From Balanoglossus misakiensis (lineage: Eukaryota > Animalia > Hemichordata): a stretch of 64,000 nt of DNA. The position numbers and the translations under genes were made by a program. Position 1 is the stretch's first letter, and every line of letters starts with the position of its first letter. The stretch is taken from assembly GCA_040954595.2 (NCBI GenBank), contig CM082581.2:9155878-9219877 (forward strand). The letters run 5' to 3'. Of this stretch, positions 14,429 through 28,715 are shown piece by piece. The notes under the pieces were generated by a model. That model did not search any database and was not told where the DNA came from. It saw only the letters and a program-made list of their open reading frames with translations.

Positions 14429-14498
14429 GAATGAATGAATGAATGAATGAATGAATGAATGAATGAATGAATGAATGAATGAATGAATGAATGAATGA
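14429..14498. repeat. (GAAT)n microsatellite about 45 bp downstream of the amine receptor stop codon (probable 3'UTR)
   Basis: Perfect tandem GAAT array. It explains the spurious 'HSFI' ORF. Confidence 0.95.
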
Positions 14499-17400
14499 CA
14501 TCAGATTCCATATCGCCGATTGAGAGGTTCCCCGCCGCCAGCATTATATGTAAGTTTCATATGTCTGAAATAGCACAATTCATACTAAAACAAAGACTGA
14601 AATGTAGGAATTGTTCAATGACGTAGGCCGTTACGTAAACCGGATGAAATGTTCGGCATGGCCTTCCATGAGTGGATTTTTCCCCACTTAAAGTGGGGGC
14701 ATAAAACCAACAAAGGGTGTCTTTTATGTTACAGACAGCTCATGTAGGAGAGTTGGCTTTCCGCTAAATGTGGGGCTACGAGCTGATCGACACCTGTCCT
14801 TTATGATGATAAAATCACGTAAAGAATTATCCAGAATTGAAATTGTAGTATTCAGCGACAAAGGAATGCAATGACGCCTGATGAGACGAAATTGCACTCG
14901 ATTCAATTCAATAATTTTCAAATGTAACGTTGGTCTATACAGTTAATTTGTGCGCATTCATAGAGTTGCTCTGGAAATCCTTGTAGAATTGATGAATGGT
15001 TTCTGGGCGTTTGGAAAGAAAGAAAAAAACTTCCACGAATGAATGAATGTACAATAAGCAGTTGGAATCTGGCAGAACGCAGTGTGAACATTTGCAATGG
15101 ATGTTCACAAAGGATTCACAAATGTTCGACGTAACCGATCCCCCAATAAAATTATTTCAGCGAATGCCCGTTTCGATATGCTTCAAGGGAACGTTAACGC
15201 TATCGCGCAGACTCCAAACAACTCGCAGGGTTTCGGCAGAGATACACCCAACACGCGCTGGCGAGTTGTCATTGGATTAATTTGCTGGGATTGCATTGGC
15301 CAGATAAAACTGAAAGATTACTAAAAAGAAAAGAAAAAAGTGTAAATATTGAATGGAAGTTTGTCTCCAGATAAGATGCGGTATAAATCAATGGTTATAT
15401 TCCATTAATAGAATATCGATTCTTTTCACATGTATTTTAATACTTTATTTTTCACGACTCAATCACGTTCATCCTCTGCCCAATCATACATACCTAAAAA
15501 CTGCTTGGTTTCAAATAAACAAAACCAACACACAATCACCAATCCGATTTGGTAGATTAGCAGATTACTAGTTTGCTAGCACTAAAACAAATCAATATTT
15601 GTATGCTTGTCAACGTATGATCGAACATGAAACATTACAAAACAATCATCAAGAGAAAGAGTATTCGGTTTGAAATATCCAGTATTCTAAGTCCTTTGCT
15701 GACAGCAAGTTATTCGTACGTAAAGGCCCATAAAAGTATTATTGACATCAGTGAATAACTTTAACAGAATATATGTAAAACGTTTATATATGAATGTATA
15801 TCAAAAGTGGTGTTATTTTCAATTTTGTGGCTATGATTCTATAAGTATTTCTTCAAAAGTACGATTACATAATTGATAATTTATTGATCAGTGATAGATC
15901 TTTAGTGTTTACAGTTTACAATTACGAACACGTATACCTGTACTATATTCTCTGACGATACGCGGTCGATATATTTTGTCAGATTTTTCTTCGGCTGATA
16001 CAATCGTCTGCTGGATATCATTGCTATAGTTTGTTATTAGATCGAACACTGTGGCTTTGAAATGCCCAGTATTACTAATATAGTTACTATAGACGTGTGC
16101 ATTTTAAAGGATTTACTTTAAGAACAGCTATTTCTGTTGGTGTCTGCTCTGATTGTGCGAAACAGTACACGTATGAAAAACATGAGCTGTTCCTCCCATG
16201 GACATACATGCACGCTGATGTCTGCATTTACGGCGAACGAGCAGCGCGGCCATATGACTACAACGTTTTCTTCTGTCTGCCAAAGCTGGCATTGTCCATG
16301 CAGGAATGGGAATATGCGCTGCACCAACTGCGACATCCATCTCTACAACTCGGTCGCTGAATCGATTTGAACTGCGTGTATATGTCACCAGAGGCTTGCC
16401 TCGTCGAACCCGGACAAAGCTTCATTGTCAACGGCAAGATAAGGCTTCAGTCTCCGGCGACTTCGAATAGTTACCCGCAAAGACCAGGCTGCGTCTGTGA
16501 ACATTGTCGCTGGGATTCTTCCGCTCTGGTGGACATCGCAGAAGATTAGTCCTCTCTGTTACAATTTCACACAAATTAAATGTATTTGGTCACATCACAG
16601 GGTAGACTGACTACCCATTCTCGCATTATGAGCGTGTTAATATAACTACCGAGCTTTCAATGAAGCAGTGCCTATATATACTGCGTCGACAAAAGGGATT
16701 TTTCGTATCACGAATCTCCCTTCTCGTTCAATTTGTCCATTTTCTGATATATATATACGGTATATTCGATATATTGAAATATTAAATACTGTCAATTGTC
16801 AAATCCGAAATGTGCATCGGTATCCATCATTACATTTATGATCCTTTCAATGAAGCTGTAGAAGTGGTTACAGTTGAACAAGGAAAGGCTTTTAGTGTCA
16901 ACACCTGTAAACAGTGAGGATTATTGTCCGTTTTACGTGTCTCCACTTAGCTCTGACAGACAAAACAGTTCGCCAACTGTGGGCACAGGGTGAGTCCGAC
17001 TATCACTCTTTTTGACGACCTGTTCTGGATTTTTCGCTCTCTGAGTTTCCGTAATTCTTTTTTTGAAATATGCGAAGCCATGCTGGCAGAAAGTAAGGTA
17101 TTCGAGATGTGTCATTTGACGTCAGGAAAATCCAGTGTTCAGGTAAAATGAAAAAAAACTCGGGCATTTCGGATTCTATTGCCTTACAGCCTTTCTTTCA
17201 CCTTACGTATCCGTTGTGGAGAATGTGTCTTTTATTTGGCCATTCTGATTAGACCTAAGTCGCTTCGATTTATTCTAAAAGCATTAACGATTTTTTTTCT
17301 GTCGTGAATCTAAAAGGTCTGTATATTCGCATATGCATTGCATCGTAAGATACGGATTACGTGTCACAAATAAACAATTGACGCAAGACCAAAGGTATCA

Positions 17401-20400
17401 TTTACACTCGAGGCTGTACTTAGTCATTTTTCCACGTTGCGTTGGTAACAAATTAGACGAAACAAACAAACAACTGTGACAAAAAATAAGCCACGATGTA
17501 ATTTCGATGTTGTCATTTTTTACGTTTTGTGGAACGGTCATTGTATCTTTATACATATTAAACCACTGAATGTTGGGTTTTTAGATAGCTACTAGTATAC
17601 CGCCCCTCGGAGTTTGTGAATTAGAATCGCCGAGAGCTGTTACTGAGATCGGCGATTCTAATGTCTGAAATTCCGGTGGGCGGTGGTGAACCACTGTATA
17701 TAGCCACACGGTGAAGGGAATTGCCTAATAAATGGTGCTTTTGAGGTAAATTTATGGTGTTGTCTGTTTACGTGGAGGAAATATGTACATGTACATGTAA
17801 TATGAGTGGTCAAAGCAAAGAACGATGGCTGTGATTGATATAGCCTCTTTTTATAGAAAAAAAAACATGTATTAAACATACAAATTCATTGCACAGTAAG
17901 TAAATAAAATATGTTGTCTATAGTTAATGTGTGCTATGTTGAAGACCAAATGTCATTGGTGATATATTATATTGTGGCTTGTTATAGCACGGATTAATCT
18001 TTGCAACAAGATCGCATTATCGCTGTATCAGACCTCTCTGCTTTCATGAAACCCCTTCGCGTTCTATTCCTGAACTGGAATATAAGAGTTCTCTATCTGC
18101 AGCATTTAAAACGCCAGACGCCTCATTTGAACCAGAAACAAATACAGTACTGTATCGAACACAATGCAAAATATGATGAAAATTAAAAAAAAAACTAGAT
18201 ACGTCGTTGGCTCAGTATCAGGGTTGTCGTGTTATAAACCTTTGCGAAGCTTGCACTATTCAGCGAAAGATCCCATGGCATTCTTAAAAGCTATTTTGGA
18301 AATCACTCCATGTTTAGCAATCCCCAAAGAACGTCAGATTCGCTTTCTTGCCTCAAACGCAGATCACTAGTGATTAAAATGAGCAGCCTGTCAGCCCTGT
18401 GTTCCAACATTGCACGCGTTTGGTCTTCACTGAAAAATAGGACACGTCATTAAACTTAAAACGGTTCATTTGAGGATAGCCATCTATAAGTACACGTATA
18501 TGCGCAAAGAGCTGTTTAGTCGTTATCGATTGGAGAAAACCCAACGGAGGCACTGTACTGTCAATATATATATATGTGTGAAAATATCGTTCCTCTAGGC
18601 AATTTCACATCTGCTACAAGCCTGAACTATTATTAATATATTAAAATGCTAAAACGAATATGATGTTATTTTTCTAGCTGTAAAAACCATTCGATAACAA
18701 GAGCCCTAAGCAGCGGACACCTCGACAAAGGTGTGAATTCGCATCCGTTAACGAGTGAGTCTCAGGGATGTCATGCTTGCTACAAACAAGTATGTATACG
18801 GTTGAGATTAAGCGGACGATGTAAGAGGTACTGAGTTATATAACAATATTCATGCTGTTAATGTAATTAGTTTGAACGAAATGCCAAAAGCTTGGATCGT
18901 CATTTGGAGGTGATTAAAGAACTTTAATGATAGCTGTGGGGATTAAACAAGAAACGAGTGATTTTTCACTTTCTATATAATATTAATCCAAAAGATATTA
19001 TGAAAATGAGCAAGAAATCTCAACTGGTTACAAGGGATAGTGCAGGTAAGTAATTTATTCAATTATTTATTTACTGTTTACTCACATTTCATTTGAAGAT
19101 ATATAACTAAAGTGTGACATTTCAAGCTTCTTTTTAACACTGCAAAAATATCGGATTGTTTTTGACCGTAGTTTGACGGGATGTGACGCCAACAATTGGC
19201 ATTACACGAATACATCGTCTTTTCATTATCATTTTTTATCATTTCTTTCATTACTTCTTGTCTTGTGTTAGTGAATGTGTGCTTGTCTCTTGACACGATG
19301 GCACGATTTGATAAATGAATATCTTGATTTTCGCATCAGGGATGGACATTGCTGATGATTGCTTTTACATAGTAACTGAGGTTAGACATGCCCAGTGACC
19401 TATGCAGATGTATCACAGGCTACTCACTCACCCCTTCTCATGGTGGCGCCCTTGCTGTCATCCATTGTGACAAATACAGTTTAACGCTCTATAGCGCTCT
19501 CATATCATCAAGGTTCTTAGATAGTCAGTTTCATGCATAGCCGTGGTTCTTACCGAAAAATCGTGGTTCATCGATGCGATGATAATTTCTCATTAAAAAT
19601 TAACAATTGTAAGGCATTTATTTTCACGCTAATTTGTACTAATTTTCATGAACATGTTTTCTCTACATAGTGGCTAAGGTGCCAATAAGTTAACACATCA
19701 TGTTATGCGTGTCGTAAGCTTGTGTCGTCGACCGCAAAGCCCTAAAATTAACTAACTGACTCCATCTTTGTTTATGAGATTTGTGGTCTCCTGAAGTATA
19801 CGCCAATAGACACGGTGGTTGCCTAGCTACCCCACGGGAAGTCGGTGTCCACCGAGACTGCCAAAACAAATCTATACAACATATGCCATAATTGGTTTTC
19901 TTCAAACTCAGACAATCTCAGCCAGATTGTCATTGAAGCCACCTTTAATCAAAGGCTACGCATGCTATAGCTGGATTGCCTTGTGACACACACACGGTAT
20001 ATCAGGCAGCAGCATCGCGAAACCCACTAAAGTTTCATCGCCGCGCTACCTGAACGTGATATCGAAGTTTTTTTTATAGGTTTTGTGCAAAACAAACTAC
20101 TAGCCCTGTTCACACTTGCAAGAGAGGTCCAGAAGTTTTTTTGTAATTATTATTGTCCAAAAGGGCATGTGCCTTGCTATCAAGCTGGTACGCCACTTGC
20201 TGACTCTATCTCTCTTGCACTTTCTCAAGAAATATTAGTTAGGACCGAAACCTTTACTAAATAACTTTCACATAATGTAATTATACGCTAATGGTAAAAT
20301 GATCAGCGATATCACACATACATTGTACACGTTATCGCGAATCCATTCATGCGTGTAAAAAAGGACGAATAAATGGCAGTTCAGCTCCAAAAGTACTCGA

Positions 20401-21770
20401 TAATAAAGTCCTCTTGAATAGGAACAGGTCGACCAGTGAAATCGAGAATATGGCCATTTAAACCAGACAAAACACCGGTACCAGCCTTAATACAGGTAGT
20501 ACAGTATACAACTGTTAAAAATATCAGTTGCGTATTTCCAACCTGTTGCTATGACAACTGTGATGATGCAGTACGCAGCGCTGTTCTTAACATGATTTGT
20601 TTCTCGGTGATGATATAATTTTACATTCACACGTTCAAACATAGAATGATTTAGAAGAAGGAAAAAAGTAGTGCGTCTACACTCCATCCCGCCACCGTCA
20701 AAGAACCAGCCTCGTTGCCAAGCAACTAAAACGGTTCTCTATCAGCCGAGCTGCGTGTTGTGCAGTGAAACACGTAATGTGTTTAGGCGAAGAAAATGTT
20801 CGGAGGTTTTTTGCGTAACGGGATCCCTAACACAACCTTTGGAGCGCTGATTATAATTTCCAGCGCGACGGAAGTGCAAAGAATTGTCCTTCAAAAAAAA
20901 TCGAGATGTTGTAATGGCGCATATTACTGTGGCCACACGGGCTGCAACCACACATTGAGAAGACAACAGGTGAATGGAGCGTGCTGCTTTCTCAATCAAT
21001 GTTAGGTCACACACCACAGACGTGAATTCATTCTAATGACCACCCCCAACGATTAGTTGTTCCAATTACCTCATTACCTAATTATGCGACGGAGACACGC
21101 AGAGTTGCAAAGCGGGGTACTTTTACGCTTCTATATTCGCAACTGGTGACGACCTACTTAGTGACCGAAATTTCAGAATTTTTCAACTTGAGAACTCGTC
21201 TATATATTGTAACCTGTCACCTCACCTCCATGATGGAGGCAAGGTCGAATTAAGGTTGCGGCAGAATAATTTCCTGACACGAGTTTTAATTCTCAGTGAA
21301 GCCAAGGGAATAAAAAACTGCCATATGTTACCGCTGGGGAAATAATTTACCACAATGCTCTTTATGGTATGCACGCACCGACAGTTGGCATTAGGATATG
21401 TATGGGCTTTGTATGTTCCTGGCTGCTCTGCTACGTATTGCCGGGATATTAACGTGGAAGTACTAGATCGTGAAATGACTCTCGGAAATGTCTTAGCTCG
21501 CCATTATTGAACTAACGACGCTGTGACTTGATTGACATTTACAGAAAAGGACACATTTATATACACATGTAAGGATCAAGCACTTGAAACAAGTGATATT
21601 AATAGTCCTGGTCAGTTTGACTGAAAAATTGAGCAAGTCCTTCTCAGCACAGACCCGCTTTGTCAGAAGCATTATATACACTGATGGCCTGGTGGTGATG
21701 GGAATTAGGTCGATAGGGGATTCCATTCACGGCTTGCACCGTGTTTCATAATTCTAACAACTTGAAGGAA

Positions 21771-21888
21771 ACACCAGAGGGCGCCATGTAATTCTGCGAG
21801 AACTTTGTGAACATCTCTCTACTCTTGCGTTTTCCAACTTCCAAATTAGTGAAGGCATCATCTTCACAGCCAGAGTGCCCTCTACGGT
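21771..21888. promoter_or_regulatory. Pair of CTCF-like motifs in opposite (convergent) orientation
   Basis: ACACCAGAGGGCGC at 21771-21784 (+) matches the core CCRSYAGRKGGCRS at 13/14 positions. ACCGTAGAGGGCAC on the - strand at 21875-21888 matches at 12/14. Confidence 0.45.
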
Positions 21889-23394
21889 TATCGACAGTTG
21901 GCAAAGCAAGTAAGGGTTTTAAAAAAAATATATAGATATTAATAAAATTGCATTACGATGGTCATTGCATTACGATGTAGGTTAAAAGGTTTTTGACGCA
22001 GGTGTCTTATATTTTGATATATTGGAATCAATTGTCGAGAGCTCGACTTTGACGCTGTTCATTATCAAATCACTGTACTGAAAACGCGCACAGAAGCAAG
22101 CCTCGATTCTTTGCATTCTCGGGGTGGCAATTATCGCCGTATGTTATATATACAGATTTTTTTATGGAAAAAAAAACTAATTTGAAAACCATTTTCCGGA
22201 AATTTCTGGTGTATAAATCAGCGGATTTGAAATTTTATTACGAACAACATCGTGACAGTTCAAAGACGTGGCAATAGTTCAAATGAAAGGTGAAGGTAGG
22301 TCCAACGTCAACGACCTTTAGTGATAACACGACTGAAAAGGCGCCCCGACAGTTCAAGTACGCAAATGAAGCAGAAATCTTCATCCGCTTTACCTTGATT
22401 TGTTTTATTAAATGTGGGAGACGTTTCCTGTTGTTTTTGATAATTGCTTTCTGCGCGGTCCCTGGGGAGGGACTGTGCCTTTGGCAATCATCTGGACGCA
22501 GTTGCCAAGGCAATAAGTCATATTACCTATACTCTCAACACTTGCGACGGTCCAGTATAGTATTTTCGTATTTATATAAGAAAGGTCTATTGGAAAACTC
22601 TGAGTTTAGCAAATGCTGGGTCGCTGTTTTGTTTCGACGTGGTCAACATTACTGGTTGAGAAATATTTCACACAAGACTGATTATAGCAAAGAGTACAGA
22701 GATTGAACAGGCACGTCATCTTTAAATGCTGAGGTTACATCTGCACTACAGTAATCTGACAAAATTAGGGATCTCTTTTCACCTCATTATAAAAAGGAGA
22801 TGGTTAATGTCAGACTTTGAAACGATTACCGGTACTATATTTTTGTCATTTCAGCAGTGGCATATTACTAGGTTATGGCGTATTGGTCAAAACAAGCTTC
22901 AGGGTCGGCTGTGTCAGGGGAGAATCAAGCCTTTCGCCTTTCAGTCGTTTCCTTGGAAACAAAGGCATAATGGCATAATGTAATGTTTTTCGATCGATGT
23001 GATTTACAATCATGCAACTATTCGGTTATAAGGCGGACAATCTGTCGCCGGCAGCGAACTTACAAGCCCTTGATTTTTATAACGACGACCTTCTAAAATC
23101 GAAGAGTATTTGGCTTATATTTAAGTCGGCGTGTTCAAGTTGATTTTAAGGGAAACGTATGTAAAAGTGTCACTTTTTAAAACTTATAAGAAAGAAAACA
23201 ACTGGAAATAGCAGGGGATTTCAGGAATCATGCAATATTTGAATCTCGGTTCTTGCGATTGTACACTATAAACATTTTCCTATCTGGTACACCTGCTGAA
23301 ATGGTTGCGCCCAAGTATTTTATTCGGCATAATAATGGGTTTGACATCTGTACACAGAACTCTTTATGATAAACGAGGGTGGCAACTCTCTGCG

Positions 23395-23557
23395 TCAGTT
23401 GCAACGACACGGCTAATCTGGCATGACTACTAGGAGCTACCAAACACACGCGACAGAATTGTCGTATTTCACGTCGAATTAGTGAAGAAAGCGCAGCGGA
23501 CAGCACAAGTCGTCAAACGTAAGAATATTAATAAGCAGACTATTGATTAAGGTAAGT
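23395..23557 (+). other. Candidate non-coding first exon (Inr TCAGTT at 23395; donor AAG|GTAAGT at 23549-23557) of PrRPR-like paralog A
   Basis: A consensus Inr and a perfect donor flank a CpG-containing segment. Pyrimidine-rich acceptor candidates lie at 28196 (CAG) and 28701 (AAG), upstream of ATG 28716. Confidence 0.3.
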
Positions 23558-26500
23558 TTTCAATCGAGCTGCATTTTTAAATTCTTAAGTCCGTAAACTA
23601 CACTTTTTGTTTAATGTTATCCACTTGAACGTATAATGAAACGTGGTCATAACATTCACGAGTGAATTGAAACTCTAAGTAGATATTCGTCCTTGGATGA
23701 TGGTTGAATTTTGCTGTTTTAATGATCATCCCCGCTCTTGACCAATGACACTTGATTCATTTTATTTACAGGACGTTTATGTACATGTATGTGTATGGCA
23801 GGCCAGAAAGTTGTTTGTGCTAATGGCACATTTGAACGCTTCAAAGTAAGACATTCGGAATGAATCCCCCCTGTGTCCAAATCTGAAACTCTGTATATAG
23901 ATTAACACAATTTGATTTTTCCCAAAACTCTGCAATCGACCGTTTTTGTATGGAGCTATTTGCACTTTCATGAGGTCACCACTGTCGATCGACGCACTAA
24001 TAAATCAACAAATTGCTGTCAAACGCTTCATCTCCCATCTAATCACCGAACAACCATATGTTTATATGGGTTTAATTACTTCATGTGAGAGCCCTTGGCT
24101 CCTACATGTATATATAGAGAGATGGCATATGCTTTTAAGAGCAGTAGAAAATGCGATTCACTGGCGTTCAAAAGGAAACGGTGTTTGAAATAAAAAGATA
24201 TGTCGATTGGAGTTAAGCGCTTGAAAATAAGTTTATGGAATAAAGTACACGTCCGTGACCCTAACCCAATTCTATAAGAGAAGCCGCACGTTTCGACACA
24301 TCCGAATGAAAGGCCAGCTTATTGATACTACACCTTCAAATTTGCTTCATTTGCATTGCTGTCACTGAACAACGCGACAGATCTTCAAAACATCACCGTT
24401 TATTTTTTCCCATGCTTTAGGCCTATCTGGTGGCACTATTATGCAGAATATGTAATGACAGCCGTGAAATTGTCGCATTGTCCCCCCAACCTCCTGTTAC
24501 AGGCCTCTCGTCCGATGCCCACGGGTGTTGGTATTGTTGAAACGTCGCAGAAATAATTGCATGTCTAAGGTCACGGTAACTTTGAGTGTGTTTTATTGGC
24601 TGCCTGGTTAATGCGGTTATGTATGGTTCGACTGGCATGTACATGTACGCTTCAATAAACAAGAACATCTGAGTTCTGATGGGTTATTACGTATATGTGC
24701 TCGGTTGGGATTGTCCTAGATTATTCATCGGGAATTACATGCACGTTAGCGCGGAGAGTCTCGATCCGTAATTTAAGATCTGTTTGAATAAATTTTGCCT
24801 GTTTGCGGTCAAGCTCTTGAAGATTTTTTTTATTGTTTGTTAATCTGTTGACGACAGAAAATCTCGACGTTTGTATAGAAAAGAAATGATTCTGAGTGCA
24901 CGAACAAATCAATGAAATTTTGCCAGTGTTTCTAACAGTTTACATACACTGGTTTGGATCAGTGAAATAAATTGCTTTTTAATCATTATATATGTCCTGA
25001 AAATATATCACCCTGCAGCTAAAGTCTACCTTAGCCAGAGTTATGCATTGCCCGCATCTGTGTGATTAGCTATAAGTCGATTAGCCTCCATTGAACCAGG
25101 GGATGAGATACAGTAATTGGCCTTCACTTTGGAAGTTTCGTGTCATGCACGCATGTACCTGGCAATCCTTTCCGTGAAGTAGATTACATTTCAAAGAACG
25201 AGGCATAATCTTGAATTCGAAAGAAATTAAAGTTTCATTCCAGCATTTTAAGGGTTTAAGGGCGTCCTATGTCAAGCTTTAATCTTGGAAACAGCAAAAC
25301 TATAAGTGGCATAGAAATCGATATCATATATAGGGTGGCACATTTAATGGGGGAAACCATTGATGTTAAATTACTTCCTAAATGCCAACACAGTCTCTCA
25401 AGGATGCGACATGAAAACCAACCCCTTTCAGGAATTGTAATTTTCCGTCTACATGTACAATCGAACACCTGAGGGTCCGTGAAAATGCTGACATGTCAAT
25501 AATGGTTGTGTACTGTACATGATTCGGCCCACTACATGAATAACAGGGTTTTAAGCCATTATGATTTTTGGGGGTTAGGTCTCTGATAGAAAACCACAAC
25601 TGCTGTAAGGGTATCTTGCATTCTTATATCAAGTTTTAAAGACTTTACATATCTCGTCTAGCGTCAAATTGAAGTCACGCGATAGCCGCGGCAAGACGTG
25701 GAAACCAATTAAATTTGACATTCCGAGCATAACTAACGCTAAATGGCATGCAAGCGACGTATGAAGTAGAACAGTCACGGCAAAGCTCGCCGTTCGCCTC
25801 TTACCACGGATCCATTAAGGCTCAGCGTCGCTGCGACCTCTGGCATATAATTTACTGTTGGTTAGTGGCAATGGTTTATCTACCTATACTCAGGCGGGGA
25901 TCAAGTTTACACAGTGAAAGAACGATACACCCCGTCTTATCAGATCATCAGACGCCTGAGTATAGCTTCTGCAAGTGCAAGTCAATATATCACATCTGTG
26001 ATTAATTATTCCGAGTTAATTCAATTTATTGTCTGAGAATTACGCCCATAGTTACACTCTTGGGATTCCGGTTAGTTGCAGTCTTGGGATTTTGGTTGTA
26101 ATTTCCTGCCCAATCTAGTGCATGGTAGAGGTTATTGTGGTAAGGGTCGCGTGTCGTGCTCTCAGTTGATAAGATTGACTCTAACTGGTTATGCAGTTAC
26201 ATGCATATAGACAGTCTGTTGTATAAATGAATTAAATGTCACGTATTCTTTGGAATAACGCACGTATACCCTATACCCTTATAAGACAAGTTGACGTCAT
26301 TCTGAAAATGAAAAAAAAACTGTGTATACCGAATCGATCAGACAGGTCATCAGAAATATTTTATGGTACACATAAAATGCCTAACGTATTCATTAGTTGT
26401 GCATTACATACATCTGAAATTTTACTGCTGAATCCAGCTCGTTTCGTCAGTATACAAGCACGGTTATGTGGAGGGAATAACATCTTTTTTCCCACTTACG

Positions 26501-28715
26501 AACCTTTCTAATGACAGCACGTGTATCACACTGCACTATTGTTGCCATACAAATTTGATTAACCTACATGTATTATTTGTATGGTATAGGAATAGGCGTG
26601 GGATAATCTATCGGATAAAACGTCATCAGTTGGCACTGTGTGTACGAGTGGATTTGATTTGGCTTTGGAAATGTCACAGTCTAATTGCGTCTATATAGTT
26701 GGCATCGAAATGCCAACCATCGGTTTTAACTGAAAGGTAAATTAATGCCTTCCTGAAAAGATCAATGACCCCTGTGTGTCACGGGGTCAAAATAACTAAC
26801 TAAAAAGTAAGGAAGAAGTTTTCGCCGAAGGCAACAGTGTACTTTCCTGACGTTGACGAATAATTATAGGATTGTTATTTCTGGAGGCTTTTCACACCAA
26901 CCGGATTCAGGTCAATGTACCAGACCTGAAGATAACGTACAGGAAATAACAAATCCTGTTTAAAAAGTACGCATCAATGATGCGCCTCGGGTACTTTGAA
27001 TTGTAAATGTGCATTAACTTTCAAAAATACCACATGACAGGTATTGCTTATTTATGTACACGACTGTTGACTTCCTTGATAAATATTTCAGTTATAAAAA
27101 CGACTGGCATCATATCAGTAAACTTATATTTTATGAGACTCGAAAAGTTCAAATGTTTAAGATATTCGATTTTTCAATGTCAAATTAAACCATGCGTACG
27201 TGACAACGAAATCACAATCCACCAAACAGGTAATTTACCCAATGTACGTGTTTCATGCACCTTGCACATAAATTCCCTTATTTCTAATCTACGGAAATAC
27301 ACACCAGGTTCATGTACATGTATACGTGGACACTGGGGATGCCAGGATCTCCCGCCATGGGCTCTTGTGAATGACTTTGCATGTATAGTCTCTGCCTTGA
27401 CTGGTAACGTGTATACGGATCTGTGGCCATAGCCCCCAGGTGCTCGCACTGACATCCGTCCTTCTGATCATTGTTGACTAAATAGTCATTAAGTTGACGA
27501 GTCTTTCGAAACACCTCGAGTGATTCTATCTCGCAGTAATTTATATACAGCTATTTAGTTTCCCTTGGGTGGGCGTTGACGTTCGATTTCGTGGTTTATT
27601 GACAGTTGATTGAGATAAATCACGCCGAGAGTCTGCTTCATCGGATATCGCTGATAGCTATTGGGTCTTTTATCACGATATTCGATAATCCATCGAATTT
27701 ACAACCTCGGACAGGTCACAATCTAATTAAACACAGAGCGGCGTATCTGGCTATTAGTCTATTCCGAAAATTTGCAAACCGTTGAAATTGCTTTCCGACC
27801 CAGGAAATAAAGTAGAGATCAAACCGCGAGTGCCTTACATTTGCGGATCGTGAAAAAAATACCGTAACATGTGTATATACGCGTACACATCGCCGCTGTT
27901 TCCCCATTTTCGATATACATAACATGGAGTTAAATAACGGTTACACGAGGACTCCAATTTGTTTCAAAGTTTGCTTTTAACGACTTTTTACGGTCGGGCG
28001 CCTTTTTCCATCAAGAAGCTTAGCGTGGAATTTGGCAGAATCTCCAATTCATGTACTCAGTTACCGTGGATGTACAATTTCTAACAGTAAGAATCCAGCG
28101 AGGTTAACGTCAGAATAATCAGTCTATGATGACTGCTGAATTGCGTCATCGCTCCGCACTATACTTTTGAGATGTTTTTGCCTTCACACCTTGCAGGTGA
28201 TGTCTAAGTAGCAACGACACTTGGCCTTATACATTCTTGCCCAGAGAAAAGCAGTTAAAATTCGCCCAGGTTGCGGGAAATAAGAACGTAATTGCACAAG
28301 TTCTGTGGCATGATATATTGCTAGTACATGTAGCGAGATATCGTTGACATGACTATTCGAAATGACAAATTGATCCTATATGCAATAAAAGGTACAACAA
28401 CTTTATGAGAATGTGAATATACAACGATACAATCGCAAGACTTTTCAACGGTTCAGTCACAACATGTCGATGTATGAGAGGTTCACGTGTCCTTAATAAG
28501 TGATTAGTTCTAGTTTGGCTGTTCGCCAGTCATCAGGATAACATTTGACAGCATTATTTTAAGCTCTGTTTCTTCAAATTTATCAGTAGGCCTAATGCCT
28601 TATGTATGTGGTTGTGCTGAACGACTACTGTTATAATTGTTGTTGTTGTCATCATCATCTCACTCCTTTTAAACTACTTATCTTTCCGATATTTCACAAA
28701 GCTAACACTGCAACA

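Noticed and set aside
13324-14501. Antisense and alternative-frame ORFs overlapping the amine receptor (and likewise within 28820-29743 and 38901-39904)
   Set aside because: These are shadow ORFs caused by GC-rich codon usage of the real CDSs, with no recognisable domains.
21610-21750. Short open frame containing IYTDG (RNase H-like first motif)
   Set aside because: It lacks the following conserved RNase H residues and is compatible with chance.
28602-28715. N-terminal extension MYVVVLNDYCYNCCCCHHH... of the 464-aa ORF
   Set aside because: It is encoded by (TGT)n/(CAT)n and pyrimidine-rich, intron-like sequence. ATG 28716 has a better Kozak context and gives an N-terminus comparable in length to paralog B.
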